Under the pieces are notes generated by a model, which was not told the DNA's origin, made no database searches, and saw nothing but the letters and a program-made list of their open reading frames with translations. The position numbers and the translations under genes are program-made. A DNA stretch of 64,000 nt from sequence record OP079919.1; one strand, written 5' to 3'. Each line of letters starts with the position of its first letter. The stretch's first letter is position 1. Positions 45,954-57,300 of this stretch are shown here, one piece after another.

Positions 45954-48900
45954 TTATTTGCTCGTATACCCCATCCTAGGATCTGGAGCTTTCTGGTTCT
46001 GGATTTCTTTAAGCAATTGAGCGAGTAAATCGTTAGTTCTTCCTTGGGCCTGAACTTGAGCCGTTGCGACCGGATCGGGTTGCTGAACCGGTTTAGCCAA
46101 CGGAGTTGGCGGCGCAGAAGTACTTTGCTCAGTGGGGACCTTAACACGATTAAGTGGGTTAGCTGGATCGGATTTGTACGCGACCGATCCCTCACTCACC
46201 GGGGTAGAAGGCACAGCTCCGATAGGTTTAGGTCCTTGATTAACCGACGGAGTAGTAATCGCTGAAACTGCCGCGACACTGTTAGCTGTTCCTACGTTTT
46301 CCGATTTCATCGTAGGTGGTTTGGCGTCAGGGCTGACAGAGGAAACCGAACTCGGAGGAGTTTCCCCAGAAGAGGAAGGCGTCGCTCCAGCATTAGGATC
46401 CACCGTCAACTCATTGGAAGTCAAACGTTTCATATACTGCTGATAAAGTCTTGTCCTCGCCGGCATATCAGGTAAGCCGTTGGGGTTAAGTCCTTGAGCC
46501 GCATATTCAAACGAGTTGTTCTTCACAATGGACTGAAGTCGTTTACCGTTACTGCCGTTAGAGAGGTACCAGATCAAGGTTTTCGCCATGACTTCTGGAT
46601 CAGTAGAAACTAACTCTGGATTCTTAACGAGGTCTTTCCCCACATACTGAGAGGCGGCTCTGAAGTTATCCTTACCCGTAAGCTGAATGAACCCACGGCC
46701 TCTGTAAAGCCATCCGTCGTTAGGACCACTGTTACCCATCCTACCACCATAAACCGCGTTAGCGATGGCCTGAGGACCCCCAGCCACGATCTGCTGAGCC
46801 TGCGCCATGGACTTCACTCTACCTGGGAAAATTTCCAACAACCGACCTGGCTTGTAGTTCATGCCTTCCGCGGTATTTTTAAATCCTCCGCTTTCAAAGT
46901 TAGCCAGAGCCAACATTTCAGCAATAAGACGAGGATCCGTGAAGCCGGCCTTAATCATCTCCTTCATGATTAATTGCTCTGCGGCTTTCTGGGGAACGCT
47001 AACACCTTTGTCTCCACCTCCCGACCCGCCTACCGGAGTGACGCCAGAAAGATCAACTGTCGACGTATCGGTATTACCCGTAATAGGTTTATAGTTGATG
47101 ACTGGCTGACCACCCGCGATGACGTTATCGTCCATTGCAGCAGTCGCAACAGCCTGATTTAATCCACCCTCACCCATTGAGTGAGCCGAGGTATACGGAA
47201 CGACTTCTTTAGGTCCAGAAGCTTTAACTTCTTTATCACCAAAATTCAATTTCGCATTCTTCGCGGCGGTATCGAGGTTATTAACGATTGCTTTAACCTG
47301 AGGTGTGATCGACCCAGAAGTTGTATTAGGGAACGGCGACCATTTAACCTCCCAAACGGAAGTCGGGGTTTTACCGATATTCACTTTGAGCCCTAAAAGC
47401 TCTTTTGCGAAATCAAAAGCGTTAGTGGCAGTCATGGACTTCCAACCCGCGCTTGGTTTCACCCCCCTCATGATCCTCACGTATTTCACCCACGCCATGC
47501 AGACTGGGAGGAAGCGATCCCTGAACCACGTACACCATTGGTTAGCTTGGTCATCGGTTATTCTGAATGAGTTCTTAAAGAGGTTATACACCGCACCTGT
47601 GGTAGAAGTAAATCTTGCATCGTTACCGATTACACTGATGTAATCCTCACAATACCGTTCTAACTTCAACACAGCTTCAACACGCCATGGGATGTGTTCC
47701 GTATCACCGTAGGCTGCTAATCTCAATGCGGTTATCCCGGCCAGAGGTTTATCTCCCCCTGGTAAAAGATCGGTGATGTTAATTTCCATAACCGATTTTG
47801 TTACCGGATAACGTTTATTGATCTCTTCAATATCAGAACGATCCTCGTACGTCCCACCCACTCTCATTTTAAGACTAGACCACCAACCTGCCTTCTCAGA
47901 TTTTTCAACCTGTTCGGCGGAGGTCTTCATGGTCACGACGCCTTCTTTCTCTATCCCCTCAGCTGTTCTTCCGTGTCTTTCGTTAAAGCTTTTCAGTTCG
48001 TCCAAATACAGCCTAACCTGATTAATGGTTTGGTCTTTACCCATTATAGGCGTGGCTTCATCGAACTGCGTGGCTATCTGATAAGGATAAGGATTGATTG
48101 TCCCTATTCTGTCATTGATGGTGGAGACAGTAGAGTACAATTTAGCGTCGGTCGATTTATCGAACGTCTCAAAATCCCTGTACCCCGCGGTATCGATCGC
48201 AGAAGCATAAGTCAGGAAAATAGGTTTGAAACGAAGATTAAACCAAGTGAAGTAAGCCTGCTGCTGGCCCTTGTCATTGGCTTGAGGTATGAAGCTTTGG
48301 AATATCTGTTCGAGAGGAGCTGATTTAGCTATTGAAGCCACCCCAGCGGTTACGACGACATATTCACGTAATGCTTCTTCGGCAGATCTGATCTTAGCGG
48401 CTAAATCTGACTCGACGTCCTTGATACCATATTGAGCCATACGAAGTTTAAACTGCGACCCTTTGCCTTTGGCGTAATACTTATAGATCAAATACCCGGC
48501 GCCTGCGACCGCCCCAATCCCCAACGTTACTGGATTAAATAACAGAGGGGCGACGGCAGTAGCCAAAGCACCTGTACCCGACACAATAGCCGACCCGGCA
48601 GCACTCGCACCAGAAGCAATAGCTGATCCGATCCCGAGGTTAATCCCCATAGCCGACATGGCGCTAGAACCTAAAGATACTGCTGAGGCTGCAGTAAGCG
48701 TGTTGCTCGCTACATCCTTCCAGTTAGTGCCTTCGTGTTCTTCATTGGTGGCGTCGAGGTACATTCCTAATCCAGCGGTAGCCAAACCCGCTAAGCCGAA
48801 TTTAAATGCTCTTCCTCTACCTACCCTACCACCTCTGGTTCTTCTTCCTCTACGTCTCCCTGAAGCCCCTCCTGCGGCATCAACGATATCGTCAACACCA

Positions 48901-51900
48901 TCGGATGCCCTACGACCCAGCAGACCAACAGTAAGGATCTTAGCTAACGACGTTAACCCACCTACAATAGCGGGCAGAGTAGTAATACCGAGAGTTAAGA
49001 ATTTGGAGAGTTTAGCGCCAAGTCCGACGACTCCGCCCAAAATTGTTCCCATGGGGTTCTTAACAAGACCCAGAAGTCCATTAAGGAATCCGCCTTCTTT
49101 CTTCTCCCCATCTCGAGAACCAGAACCTCTCTCTCCCTCTCCATGACCAGCAAGATCGATGATGGCGTCCTGATACCGTGATTCACGTTCAGCTTTCGCT
49201 TTACGTTCCTTATCTTCTAAGGAGTTTAAGCGTACATCATCCGTGTTTCCCATTCGGCTTGTTTCATTAACAATATCAGCCTTGATATCCGGCATGTCGT
49301 TAATGTCATAACCAAACTTACGGCAAAGCAGAGCGTAAATACGATCGACCGAATTGGTAATAGGCGTATAGTCCGCGGTTACAAGATCATTGATCTTATC
49401 CCCAGCTCGCTTACCATAGCCTTTAGCTCGATCACCCAGTTTCCTACCCAGGTCAAGAAGTTTACCACCCATTACTCCCGTCATACGTTTGAGGGATTCT
49501 ATTTTCATCCCCCCAGATGTAATGAGCCCATCCTCGTATTCGGCTTGCGTAATAATAACGTCGCCGTTCTCGTCATACACCGGTCCGTCGATATCTCTCC
49601 AGCCCTTTACAGGAACAACGCTACCGTTCAAACGTTTGAAGTATTTGCCGTTCTCAAAACCCTTCCTTGTCAGAACAGGGGAATCCTCTCCGACTCGATA
49701 AACATCCATTTGGGTTATTCGATTGGTAATACCCTGACCTATGCCTTTCAATCGGTTAAGAGGATCCAGCCAGTTAAAGAGTTTTAACCCGGCTGATTTC
49801 ACCGCGTTTAAGCCACGAAGCACAACGGCCTTGCCTTCGGCACTGAACAGTTTACCCGAAAGACGTTTAGCGGAGATCACGACCTTGGTTCCGAGATCAA
49901 CGATCGACCCCTTGATCTCTTTCCAACTGGTAATAATTTTCTTTAACACTTTGTCGTAATACTGACGAGCTCTGAGTTTACGCGCTTCGAGTATTGGATC
50001 TTCACTCTCCCCATCGTAAATGTCTTCATCGTCACTGACGTCTCTGGCGTCTGCCATGCTACGAACTTTGGTATATAACGCCCAGGCTGCAGCACCACCA
50101 CCGATCAACGCCGCTGTTTTAGGATCGTGAATCGCCAATCCCGCTAACCCACCTAACATCCCACCCAGCATCAGTGGTTCGTGAGCCAGCAGTTTATCCA
50201 TGCCTGCACTGAAAATATCCTTAATCCCACCAAGACTTTTAATGCGGTCGAGGATGGTTTTCTTCTGTGCGGTATCAGCGGCATCTTCAGCATCAGTTTT
50301 GGGCTTATTCACCTCGGCTGGCTGACGAGAAAGGATTTGTTTCAGGACTTCCAATTGTTCCTGATTAATATCCCTTATTCCCATTACAGAATCCGTTAAA
50401 GATTTAACTTGCTCTGGGCTTAATGCATTTCCATCTTGTCTGCCGGGAATCCCGAGTTTAAGCTGCTCGGTGAGTTCCGATAGGGCGGTAACCAGTTTGC
50501 CGGAATCCTTCCCGGACAACCCGCGACGGTTATTGATAATGGTTTTCGAATTACCCCCACCCATTCCACCACTAGTAGGGAGAGGACCTACGTCATCCTC
50601 TTCGATAAGGCCTTCGTTACCATTAAGCTCTGATTTTAACCGGTCCCATATCGCATCGGTGTTAAAGAAATCTGACCCGTTTTCACTATTAATCAAATTC
50701 ATTTCTCTTAATAGTGGATCGTAACCAGCGTTTCGTAACAAATCGATTTGCTGAGAAATATTAGGGAGATAACCTTTGAGGTTCTTGGCTCGCAGACTAA
50801 GATCGGCCGCCAAACGTTTACTTTTAGCGGTCGGCATGTTCAACTGAGCTTTAATACCAGCCAGGCCGGATTTTTTAGCCGCTTCAATATGCTGGTCGGT
50901 TAGTCTGAACGACCCCCGCATCACTTGTTCAATTTCTTTACGAATCGATGGGGTTAGACCGTCTTCGTCTTCCATCCCGAAATAGTTGAACGGGTTAAAC
51001 CCTTTATCTTGGTCGACGTCTCTCGCCAAACGATAAGATAAGAAGCGTTTAGCCTCTGGTGACAACGTTCCATTTTTGTCAATGGCGGAAACCATGTCGG
51101 CTGTACCTGAGGCCAACCCACTAAATTCTCTCCCATTCAACAAATTACGTTTAACCGCATTTTGGGTTTGTTTATGGCTTAAGAACTTCCCACTGCGATA
51201 ATCGAAGCGCTCTTCTTTCAGGTTATCATTACCCGTGCGTATCTTTTCCAAGCTCAGATGAAGCTTAGCGAACCACCCAGGAATGATTTCATTTAACGTA
51301 CGATCGGATTGACTGCTCCAGTAGCTGGGCTGAGTCAAATCCATCAAGTTACGTTTCTTGAGTTCGTACTGTTTACCACGGGAATCGTTGATATTAAAAG
51401 AAAGATCGTTTAATCTATTTCCCAGGAAGTTTTTACCCGTTTGTTTTAAACGCCACGCTCTTTCACTTAACCGTTTTTCACCGGGAGCAAGTGAGTCAAG
51501 GTAATCGTCGTAGGTGGAAAAGTCTTCTTCGTAGTTAGCGTTATTGCGGAGAATCGTTCCTGCTAAACCAGCCGCGTTAGTTCCGGCGTATGACAGAACG
51601 CTACCCAACTGTTCCAACTTGCGGTATTGCCGGCGGATGTTTTTGGCTTCTTTTGGATAGAGGGTCGCAAGTTTATTAATAAGCTTAGCGCCCTGCCCGG
51701 ATTTAAAGAAAGCCGGTCCTCTCTCAATGACCTCGTTAGCTAGCATCTGCCCGATAATGGTTCCCATATTGAGACCCATTCCTTCGGACATCTCCATCCC
51801 CATTCTACCCGCGCCAACCATTCCGCTTAAACTAGAAAGCATCCCCTCTCTGGCTTCTTTACCGAACGTCTCGGACAGATAACCCATCACCCCACCGGAC

Positions 51901-52760
51901 CTACGTCCAATTGTGGAGAAGATAGAATCGCGTAATCTGCCTTTAGCCGCCATGGCCAGGGAAGTTTTCTCGTAATCACTCTTACCTGAATTAAGAGTAA
52001 TCTTTTTAAGCTCGTCAATCTGACGATGCATCGAGGCTTCCATGAACTTGTAGTATTTAGCGTTGGTTAAATGCATCCTGGCCAATAAGTTGATCTTAAC
52101 TGCATCGTTCTTAGCCTGGATTTTATTCTGGTAACGCAAAATGCCTTGAAGGGTGGTTGAGATTCCACCTAACAACGAATTGGTTGCTTGTTGCTGAGCT
52201 AATTGACGACCGCCAACTACCGCGGTCATGTTGTTGATAGCCCGCCCAATACCCACCATCGTTCCTGTCTGCTGGGCCGTAACTCCGCTTATAAAACCGG
52301 CTAAGCCATCTTCATCGACTTCTCCCATACTTGGATCAGAAGGTGTGTATCCTCCTTGATCCCAATGGCTAAAGTCCTTATTACTGAAGGTCTCCAACCC
52401 CTGGGCAATTTTATTAGGAACCTTGTCGCCGTGGCGGTCTAAGGTCATCTGAGCAATTGCCTGGAGATCTTCCACCATATCTTTTGATCCGGCTTTGACC
52501 TCGCTTAGGATCTCCTGCTTCTTCCAATCAAACTCTCTTTTTAAATCAAAGACGGTCCCAAATGATTTTGGGAGGAGCATTTTAGCCGTTCTCAACCTAC
52601 CTTCTGAACTTCCTATCGTACCGCTGTGGAGCTCACTGAGAAAACCACTCCCCATGCTCGCAAAGAAACCTTTTTTAGGTGCGTTATCGAAGTCGAAGTC
52701 GAAATCTATATCGCCGGCGAACGGGTCGTCTCCCCAATCGTCGAAATCATCTTTAGCCAT
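45954..52760 (-). CDS. large tail tape-measure-like protein with GH19 peptidoglycan hydrolase domain (phiKZ gp181-like)
   Basis: 2268 aa; DVYRVGE..P.L..G.Y repeat; hydrophobic Gly/Ala segments; LANFESGGF..EGMNY..YGGRMGN..DGWLYRGRGFIQLTGKDNF. Confidence 0.9.
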   Translation of the reverse strand: MAKDDFDDWGDDPFAGDIDFDFDFDNAPKKGFFASMGSGFLSELHSGTIGSSEGRLRTAKMLLPKSFGTVFDLKREFDWKKQEILSEVKAGSKDMVEDLQAIAQMTLDRHGDKVPNKIAQGLETFSNKDFSHWDQGGYTPSDPSMGEVDEDGLAGFISGVTAQQTGTMVGIGRAINNMTAVVGGRQLAQQQATNSLLGGISTTLQGILRYQNKIQAKNDAVKINLLARMHLTNAKYYKFMEASMHRQIDELKKITLNSGKSDYEKTSLAMAAKGRLRDSIFSTIGRRSGGVMGYLSETFGKEAREGMLSSLSGMVGAGRMGMEMSEGMGLNMGTIIGQMLANEVIERGPAFFKSGQGAKLINKLATLYPKEAKNIRRQYRKLEQLGSVLSYAGTNAAGLAGTILRNNANYEEDFSTYDDYLDSLAPGEKRLSERAWRLKQTGKNFLGNRLNDLSFNINDSRGKQYELKKRNLMDLTQPSYWSSQSDRTLNEIIPGWFAKLHLSLEKIRTGNDNLKEERFDYRSGKFLSHKQTQNAVKRNLLNGREFSGLASGTADMVSAIDKNGTLSPEAKRFLSYRLARDVDQDKGFNPFNYFGMEDEDGLTPSIRKEIEQVMRGSFRLTDQHIEAAKKSGLAGIKAQLNMPTAKSKRLAADLSLRAKNLKGYLPNISQQIDLLRNAGYDPLLREMNLINSENGSDFFNTDAIWDRLKSELNGNEGLIEEDDVGPLPTSGGMGGGNSKTIINNRRGLSGKDSGKLVTALSELTEQLKLGIPGRQDGNALSPEQVKSLTDSVMGIRDINQEQLEVLKQILSRQPAEVNKPKTDAEDAADTAQKKTILDRIKSLGGIKDIFSAGMDKLLAHEPLMLGGMLGGLAGLAIHDPKTAALIGGGAAAWALYTKVRSMADARDVSDDEDIYDGESEDPILEARKLRARQYYDKVLKKIITSWKEIKGSIVDLGTKVVISAKRLSGKLFSAEGKAVVLRGLNAVKSAGLKLFNWLDPLNRLKGIGQGITNRITQMDVYRVGEDSPVLTRKGFENGKYFKRLNGSVVPVKGWRDIDGPVYDENGDVIITQAEYEDGLITSGGMKIESLKRMTGVMGGKLLDLGRKLGDRAKGYGKRAGDKINDLVTADYTPITNSVDRIYALLCRKFGYDINDMPDIKADIVNETSRMGNTDDVRLNSLEDKERKAKAERESRYQDAIIDLAGHGEGERGSGSRDGEKKEGGFLNGLLGLVKNPMGTILGGVVGLGAKLSKFLTLGITTLPAIVGGLTSLAKILTVGLLGRRASDGVDDIVDAAGGASGRRRGRRTRGGRVGRGRAFKFGLAGLATAGLGMYLDATNEEHEGTNWKDVASNTLTAASAVSLGSSAMSAMGINLGIGSAIASGASAAGSAIVSGTGALATAVAPLLFNPVTLGIGAVAGAGYLIYKYYAKGKGSQFKLRMAQYGIKDVESDLAAKIRSAEEALREYVVVTAGVASIAKSAPLEQIFQSFIPQANDKGQQQAYFTWFNLRFKPIFLTYASAIDTAGYRDFETFDKSTDAKLYSTVSTINDRIGTINPYPYQIATQFDEATPIMGKDQTINQVRLYLDELKSFNERHGRTAEGIEKEGVVTMKTSAEQVEKSEKAGWWSSLKMRVGGTYEDRSDIEEINKRYPVTKSVMEINITDLLPGGDKPLAGITALRLAAYGDTEHIPWRVEAVLKLERYCEDYISVIGNDARFTSTTGAVYNLFKNSFRITDDQANQWCTWFRDRFLPVCMAWVKYVRIMRGVKPSAGWKSMTATNAFDFAKELLGLKVNIGKTPTSVWEVKWSPFPNTTSGSITPQVKAIVNNLDTAAKNAKLNFGDKEVKASGPKEVVPYTSAHSMGEGGLNQAVATAAMDDNVIAGGQPVINYKPITGNTDTSTVDLSGVTPVGGSGGGDKGVSVPQKAAEQLIMKEMIKAGFTDPRLIAEMLALANFESGGFKNTAEGMNYKPGRLLEIFPGRVKSMAQAQQIVAGGPQAIANAVYGGRMGNSGPNDGWLYRGRGFIQLTGKDNFRAASQYVGKDLVKNPELVSTDPEVMAKTLIWYLSNGSNGKRLQSIVKNNSFEYAAQGLNPNGLPDMPARTRLYQQYMKRLTSNELTVDPNAGATPSSSGETPPSSVSSVSPDAKPPTMKSENVGTANSVAAVSAITTPSVNQGPKPIGAVPSTPVSEGSVAYKSDPANPLNRVKVPTEQSTSAPPTPLAKPVQQPDPVATAQVQAQGRTNDLLAQLLKEIQNQKAPDPRMGYTSK

Positions 52761-52780
52761 TTTAACCTCGTGGTGCGAAT

Positions 52781-54394
52781 ATGCAACCTACTAATATTAC
52801 GTTATTGAACCCAAACAAAGTGGCTTGGGCTCTCATGAAAGCCGTGACGTCAACAGACGTCCATGAGGGGATGACCAACAACCTTCATGAAGATGGTTTA
52901 TACTCTCCAACAATCTTCGGTCGTGTCGGTACCGACCAACGAGATAAAACTCAATCTTACATCAATGTTAAGATTCCTGTCTTCAACCCGACTTATTTTA
53001 AGGCTTTGATTGGGTTAAAGGGTTTGTATCTCGGAATAATCAAAGGGACGGAATACGCCCTTTGGGACGCATCAGAACGCGACTTCATAAAATCAAACCT
53101 CCTGGAAGGAGAAACCGGCTACGGTTTCTTTATGCGTCACTTTTACGACTTAGAGCCTAAGTTAAACGAAAGTTATAAACGCAAACAGCGCGTAGAACTC
53201 TTTAATAAATTTAAAGACATCGCGTTGACTAAAAACATTATTGTGTTGCCGGCTGGTATTCGTGATATCCAGGTTGAACCCAACGGCCAGATCGTGGAAC
53301 CTGAAATAAATGATTTCTATCGTAAACTGATCTTCCGTAGTCGCAGCGTGGTTATCCAGGAAGGTGAAGAAGATAACCCGATTTACGATAACATCCGTTG
53401 GGCGATTCAAAGCGTGTTCAACGACATCGACGATTATATCTTCCGGCTGATGGAAGGCAAGCGCGGATTCTTACAGCGCCGAGTCTCAACTCGTGGTGTC
53501 GTCGGGGGTACTCGTAACGTTATTACCGCTCGTAAAGTTTCTGTTGCTGATGCGGATGATGATAATGGGGTTGACGTTAACACCACAGATATCGGGATGT
53601 ATCAAGCGTTGCTGGGTTTCCAATACGTTGCGCGATATGCGTTACTTAAAGGTTTCTTAAGCCGCGTGTTTACGGTAGGGTCAAGTACGGCTAAACTCGT
53701 CGACCCCAGAACCTTCGAATACCAATACGTTGAAGTTGAGAGCAACATTGTTGACAAATGGTTGTCGGCCGATGGACTCACCGCTCTGTTCAACGGATTC
53801 GGAACGAGGCACTTGCGTCATAAACCGATCAAAATTAATGGCTATTACATGGGCCTGACCTATGATGACGGTAAATATGTCAAGTTACTCGGTGACGTAA
53901 CCGAACTTCCTCCTGGGTTTGATAAGAAGTTCTGCAAACCATTGACTTACATGGAACTCTTCTATTTAAGTTGTGTCGAAGAAATAGAAAAGAGAATGCT
54001 TCAGGTTACCCGCTATCCGATCACCGGGATGGGTTCTATCTATCCCAGCCTCATCAAAATCAAAACGACAACTAACGCCGAAAAAAGAATCATCTTAGAT
54101 GATTACTGGGAAGAAGGTTATCGTTGCACATACTACCCAGTCCGAGAAACTAAACCAGATTATTTCGACGCCATGAGTGTCGATGGCAGTCGGTTAGGTT
54201 TATTGGGTGGGGACTTCGATGGCGACCAACTTAACAGTAACTCCATCAACGGAGAGGATGCTATTGCTGAAGCTAAAGCTTTAATGGGCAGACGCGATTA
54301 CTATATCACCGGCACGGGGCAGTTCCTTTACAGTCCAACGGTGGAACCTCACGAATTCTTATTCCGAAATCTCAGTAACGGACTCAACCTATGA
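52781..54394 (+). CDS. virion RNA polymerase beta' subunit (phiKZ gp180-like)
   Basis: GLYSPTIFG, TRNVIT, RYPITG, catalytic GGDFDGD. Confidence 0.92.
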   Translation: MQPTNITLLNPNKVAWALMKAVTSTDVHEGMTNNLHEDGLYSPTIFGRVGTDQRDKTQSYINVKIPVFNPTYFKALIGLKGLYLGIIKGTEYALWDASERDFIKSNLLEGETGYGFFMRHFYDLEPKLNESYKRKQRVELFNKFKDIALTKNIIVLPAGIRDIQVEPNGQIVEPEINDFYRKLIFRSRSVVIQEGEEDNPIYDNIRWAIQSVFNDIDDYIFRLMEGKRGFLQRRVSTRGVVGGTRNVITARKVSVADADDDNGVDVNTTDIGMYQALLGFQYVARYALLKGFLSRVFTVGSSTAKLVDPRTFEYQYVEVESNIVDKWLSADGLTALFNGFGTRHLRHKPIKINGYYMGLTYDDGKYVKLLGDVTELPPGFDKKFCKPLTYMELFYLSCVEEIEKRMLQVTRYPITGMGSIYPSLIKIKTTTNAEKRIILDDYWEEGYRCTYYPVRETKPDYFDAMSVDGSRLGLLGGDFDGDQLNSNSINGEDAIAEAKALMGRRDYYITGTGQFLYSPTVEPHEFLFRNLSNGLNL

Positions 54395-57300
54395 GCGTAT
54401 TATACCAACAGTTCTTCCGCAATTTTGTTCTTAGGAAAAAACAAGAAATTACAAATCCTAAGTTTCACCATCTGACGGATATGGTGTTGCCGAGAGAATC
54501 GGTAATGATGTATCTACCGAAGACTCAAGAGGATATCGGCCCGAGTACCGAGGAGCCCTTAATAGGGACTTACCCTGATGGGGTTAACATTTATTTCAAC
54601 AGTCTTTATGTAACCCCCATCGGAAGAACTCGGCCCGTTCCCTTTAACGAAAAGCAATCTATACAGCTTTATCGTAAAAGCCATTTCAAATACAACTGGG
54701 CGAGGACGTTGTCCAACTACCTGAGTCGTCGTCAGGAACTGTTGGTAAACAACATAGCGATGGGACCTCATCGTCACCGTTATGTCTTTACTCGCTTTGT
54801 TCAGTTCGAACGAGCTTACAACCAACTGGCTTCTGGGATTGAAGCGGTTAAACAAATGAGTAAGGAAACGACCCGCAATCAATACTGGCGAATAGAACTT
54901 CCTCCAGCCATCCCCGATTATCGTCAGCTACTGGTAGCGGTCGATCATTACAAGAAGGCGTTCAAAGACGGCGTTTATACCACGACTGACAATCAGGCGG
55001 TACTCCCGTTTAAGGGTTACGGCTCTTATTGGATCATGGACTGGTATCTCTTCTTGATAGGCGAAAAGAACTACAGCCTGTTTAATCGCTTAGATAAAGA
55101 AGAAATGGATAAACTCCACATCATCTTTAGTCATAATGGACTCAGCTGGGTAGTTAACCTTGGTATCGTCTCTCAATGGATGGAAGAACTTAACGACAAG
55201 CACGGCAATCCCACCAGTATGCGTGTTAACGCAGCTAAACGGTTCCTGCTTGGATTTAGGGCTCTGATAGCGGGCGGCACGCTAAGTGAAACCATAGAGG
55301 AGAAACCTCATGCCGCAGAGAATGTCGGATTGGGTACTGGAACGCCAGAAGAGGAAAGAAGAAGCCAGGAAGTTAATAAGGAATCAGAAGAAGAACCGCT
55401 GGATCTCGATGAGTCTGAAGAGATTACTGATCAGTCTGTTACTATGCTTGATCTTTTCATGGGCGGCAAAAAGGCTGATACAGAATCTGATGATGACCAA
55501 GGAGGAGAGGATCCAGGAGGAGCTGATGAGAATCACGGAGAAGAGTGGGCTGCAGCGGTCGACGATGAATTACTTTATAACGCCGAAACAGAAGGATTAG
55601 GGGAAACCAAGAAAGTTATTTTCAGTACCCCGGAATCTGGTATCCTGAGAGCCTTAGAACAAAGAGCCAAGGCCGGGACATTAACTGTTGCGGAACAACG
55701 TTATTACACTAATCTCGCGCAATCATACAAAACGATCAAAATGCCTAACGGTGAAAGTCTTGAAAGTTTTGTTAAGATCGATCAGGCCAAACTTCGCCAC
55801 CTTCCTGCTAAAATTGCTCCTGAGATGAGAGGGATCATCGACCCTTCTCAGCTACAAAGTAGAGCGACAAATCTTAAAACGAAATACTCTGAAGAATTCC
55901 TTAACCGGGATATTGCCGGGATGATACTGAACATTCAGAACGCCGGTATCGTTTTAACCGACCTGAAACGTGAACGTATCGTCAATGCGGAATCGGCTTA
56001 CGACGTTTATACCATGAACGTCCATCCTGTTGGCGGATCGCCTAAGACCGCAATGTTCCGTATCCCCAAAATTGACAAAGACGGAACCTTCACTGTCGAT
56101 GGGGTAAAACAACATCTTCAACTTCAGCGTATGGAAATACCGATTCGTAAGATAAACTCGGAGCAGGTTGCTTTGACGAGTTATTATGACCGCAAGATCA
56201 TGATGTCTCGTTCTACCAAGGTCGCCGACGATTACGGATTGTGGCTGAACAAACAGCTTATTCTGTTGGGTGAAGCCGGTAAAGTATCTGGGGTGTTGGG
56301 CGATGTCTATAATCGTAGTTACGCTGTTCCTCGTACTTATTCTGCGTTAGCCAAACGGTATCGGTCATTAAAGGCGGGCGGGATTGAATTCAACTTCGAT
56401 CTTTCTAGTCTTGTTGGATCAGAGAAAGAAATCAATAAGCTGATTTCTCCTAACTGGGTTCCGGTGGCTAAAGAAGGTGACGACTTCATCTTTATGGATG
56501 ATGGTGGTAACCTTTACAAAGATAAGACGCACATTGGTTCTTTCGAAAGCCGCTGTGGAATTGACACGACGAAAGCCCCAGTCGATATCGTTACAGTGAA
56601 TGTAAACGGATACGCTTTCCCTATCGGGGTAGTGCTCGCTTACTACTTCGGATTCGACGAACTTCTTAAAGCACTCAATGCTGACTATCGGACCGTTCCG
56701 GCCGGTGAGAAAGTTCGGATGGGTCAGGACGAATACGCGATAACCTTTAACGATGAAACGCTCATTTTCAACAGACGGGATAGTTTAACCGCACTCATTA
56801 TGGGTGGGTTCCGGAAGTTAGCGAATTTGAGTAACTTCTCTCGTTATGACCTAAACACGAAAGGTGTGTGGGTGCCGGCTATCGGGGATAAGAAAGTCAA
56901 ACCAGGTCATTTTGATGAAATGCGTTTGATGTTCGAAATGTTCATCGATCCTATCACCAAATCTGAGCTGGTTAAAAGGGGTTATCCGACCGAGCTTCAT
57001 TATCTCATGATCGAAGGCGTCAAAATGCTGAACACCGATCGGACTGCTCACGAGATAGAATTAACTGAGCAACGTTTCGTTGGGTATGAACGTTTCGCCG
57101 GACGGGTCTATAACGAAATTGTTAAGTCGACTCGTCAATTCAGAAATAAAGGTAATGACAAACGTTTCACCTTCGATATGAACCCTGAAGCGGTTATCAT
57201 GAGTATCATTACCGATACAAGTGTAAACCTAGTTGAAGAGGTTAACCCCATCCACGAAATCAAAGAACAGGAAGTTGTTACCTTTGGTGGTACTGGTGGG

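Noticed and set aside
46044-52808. Many + strand ORFs within the tail gene
   Set aside because: Antisense shadows with no RBS or recognisable domains
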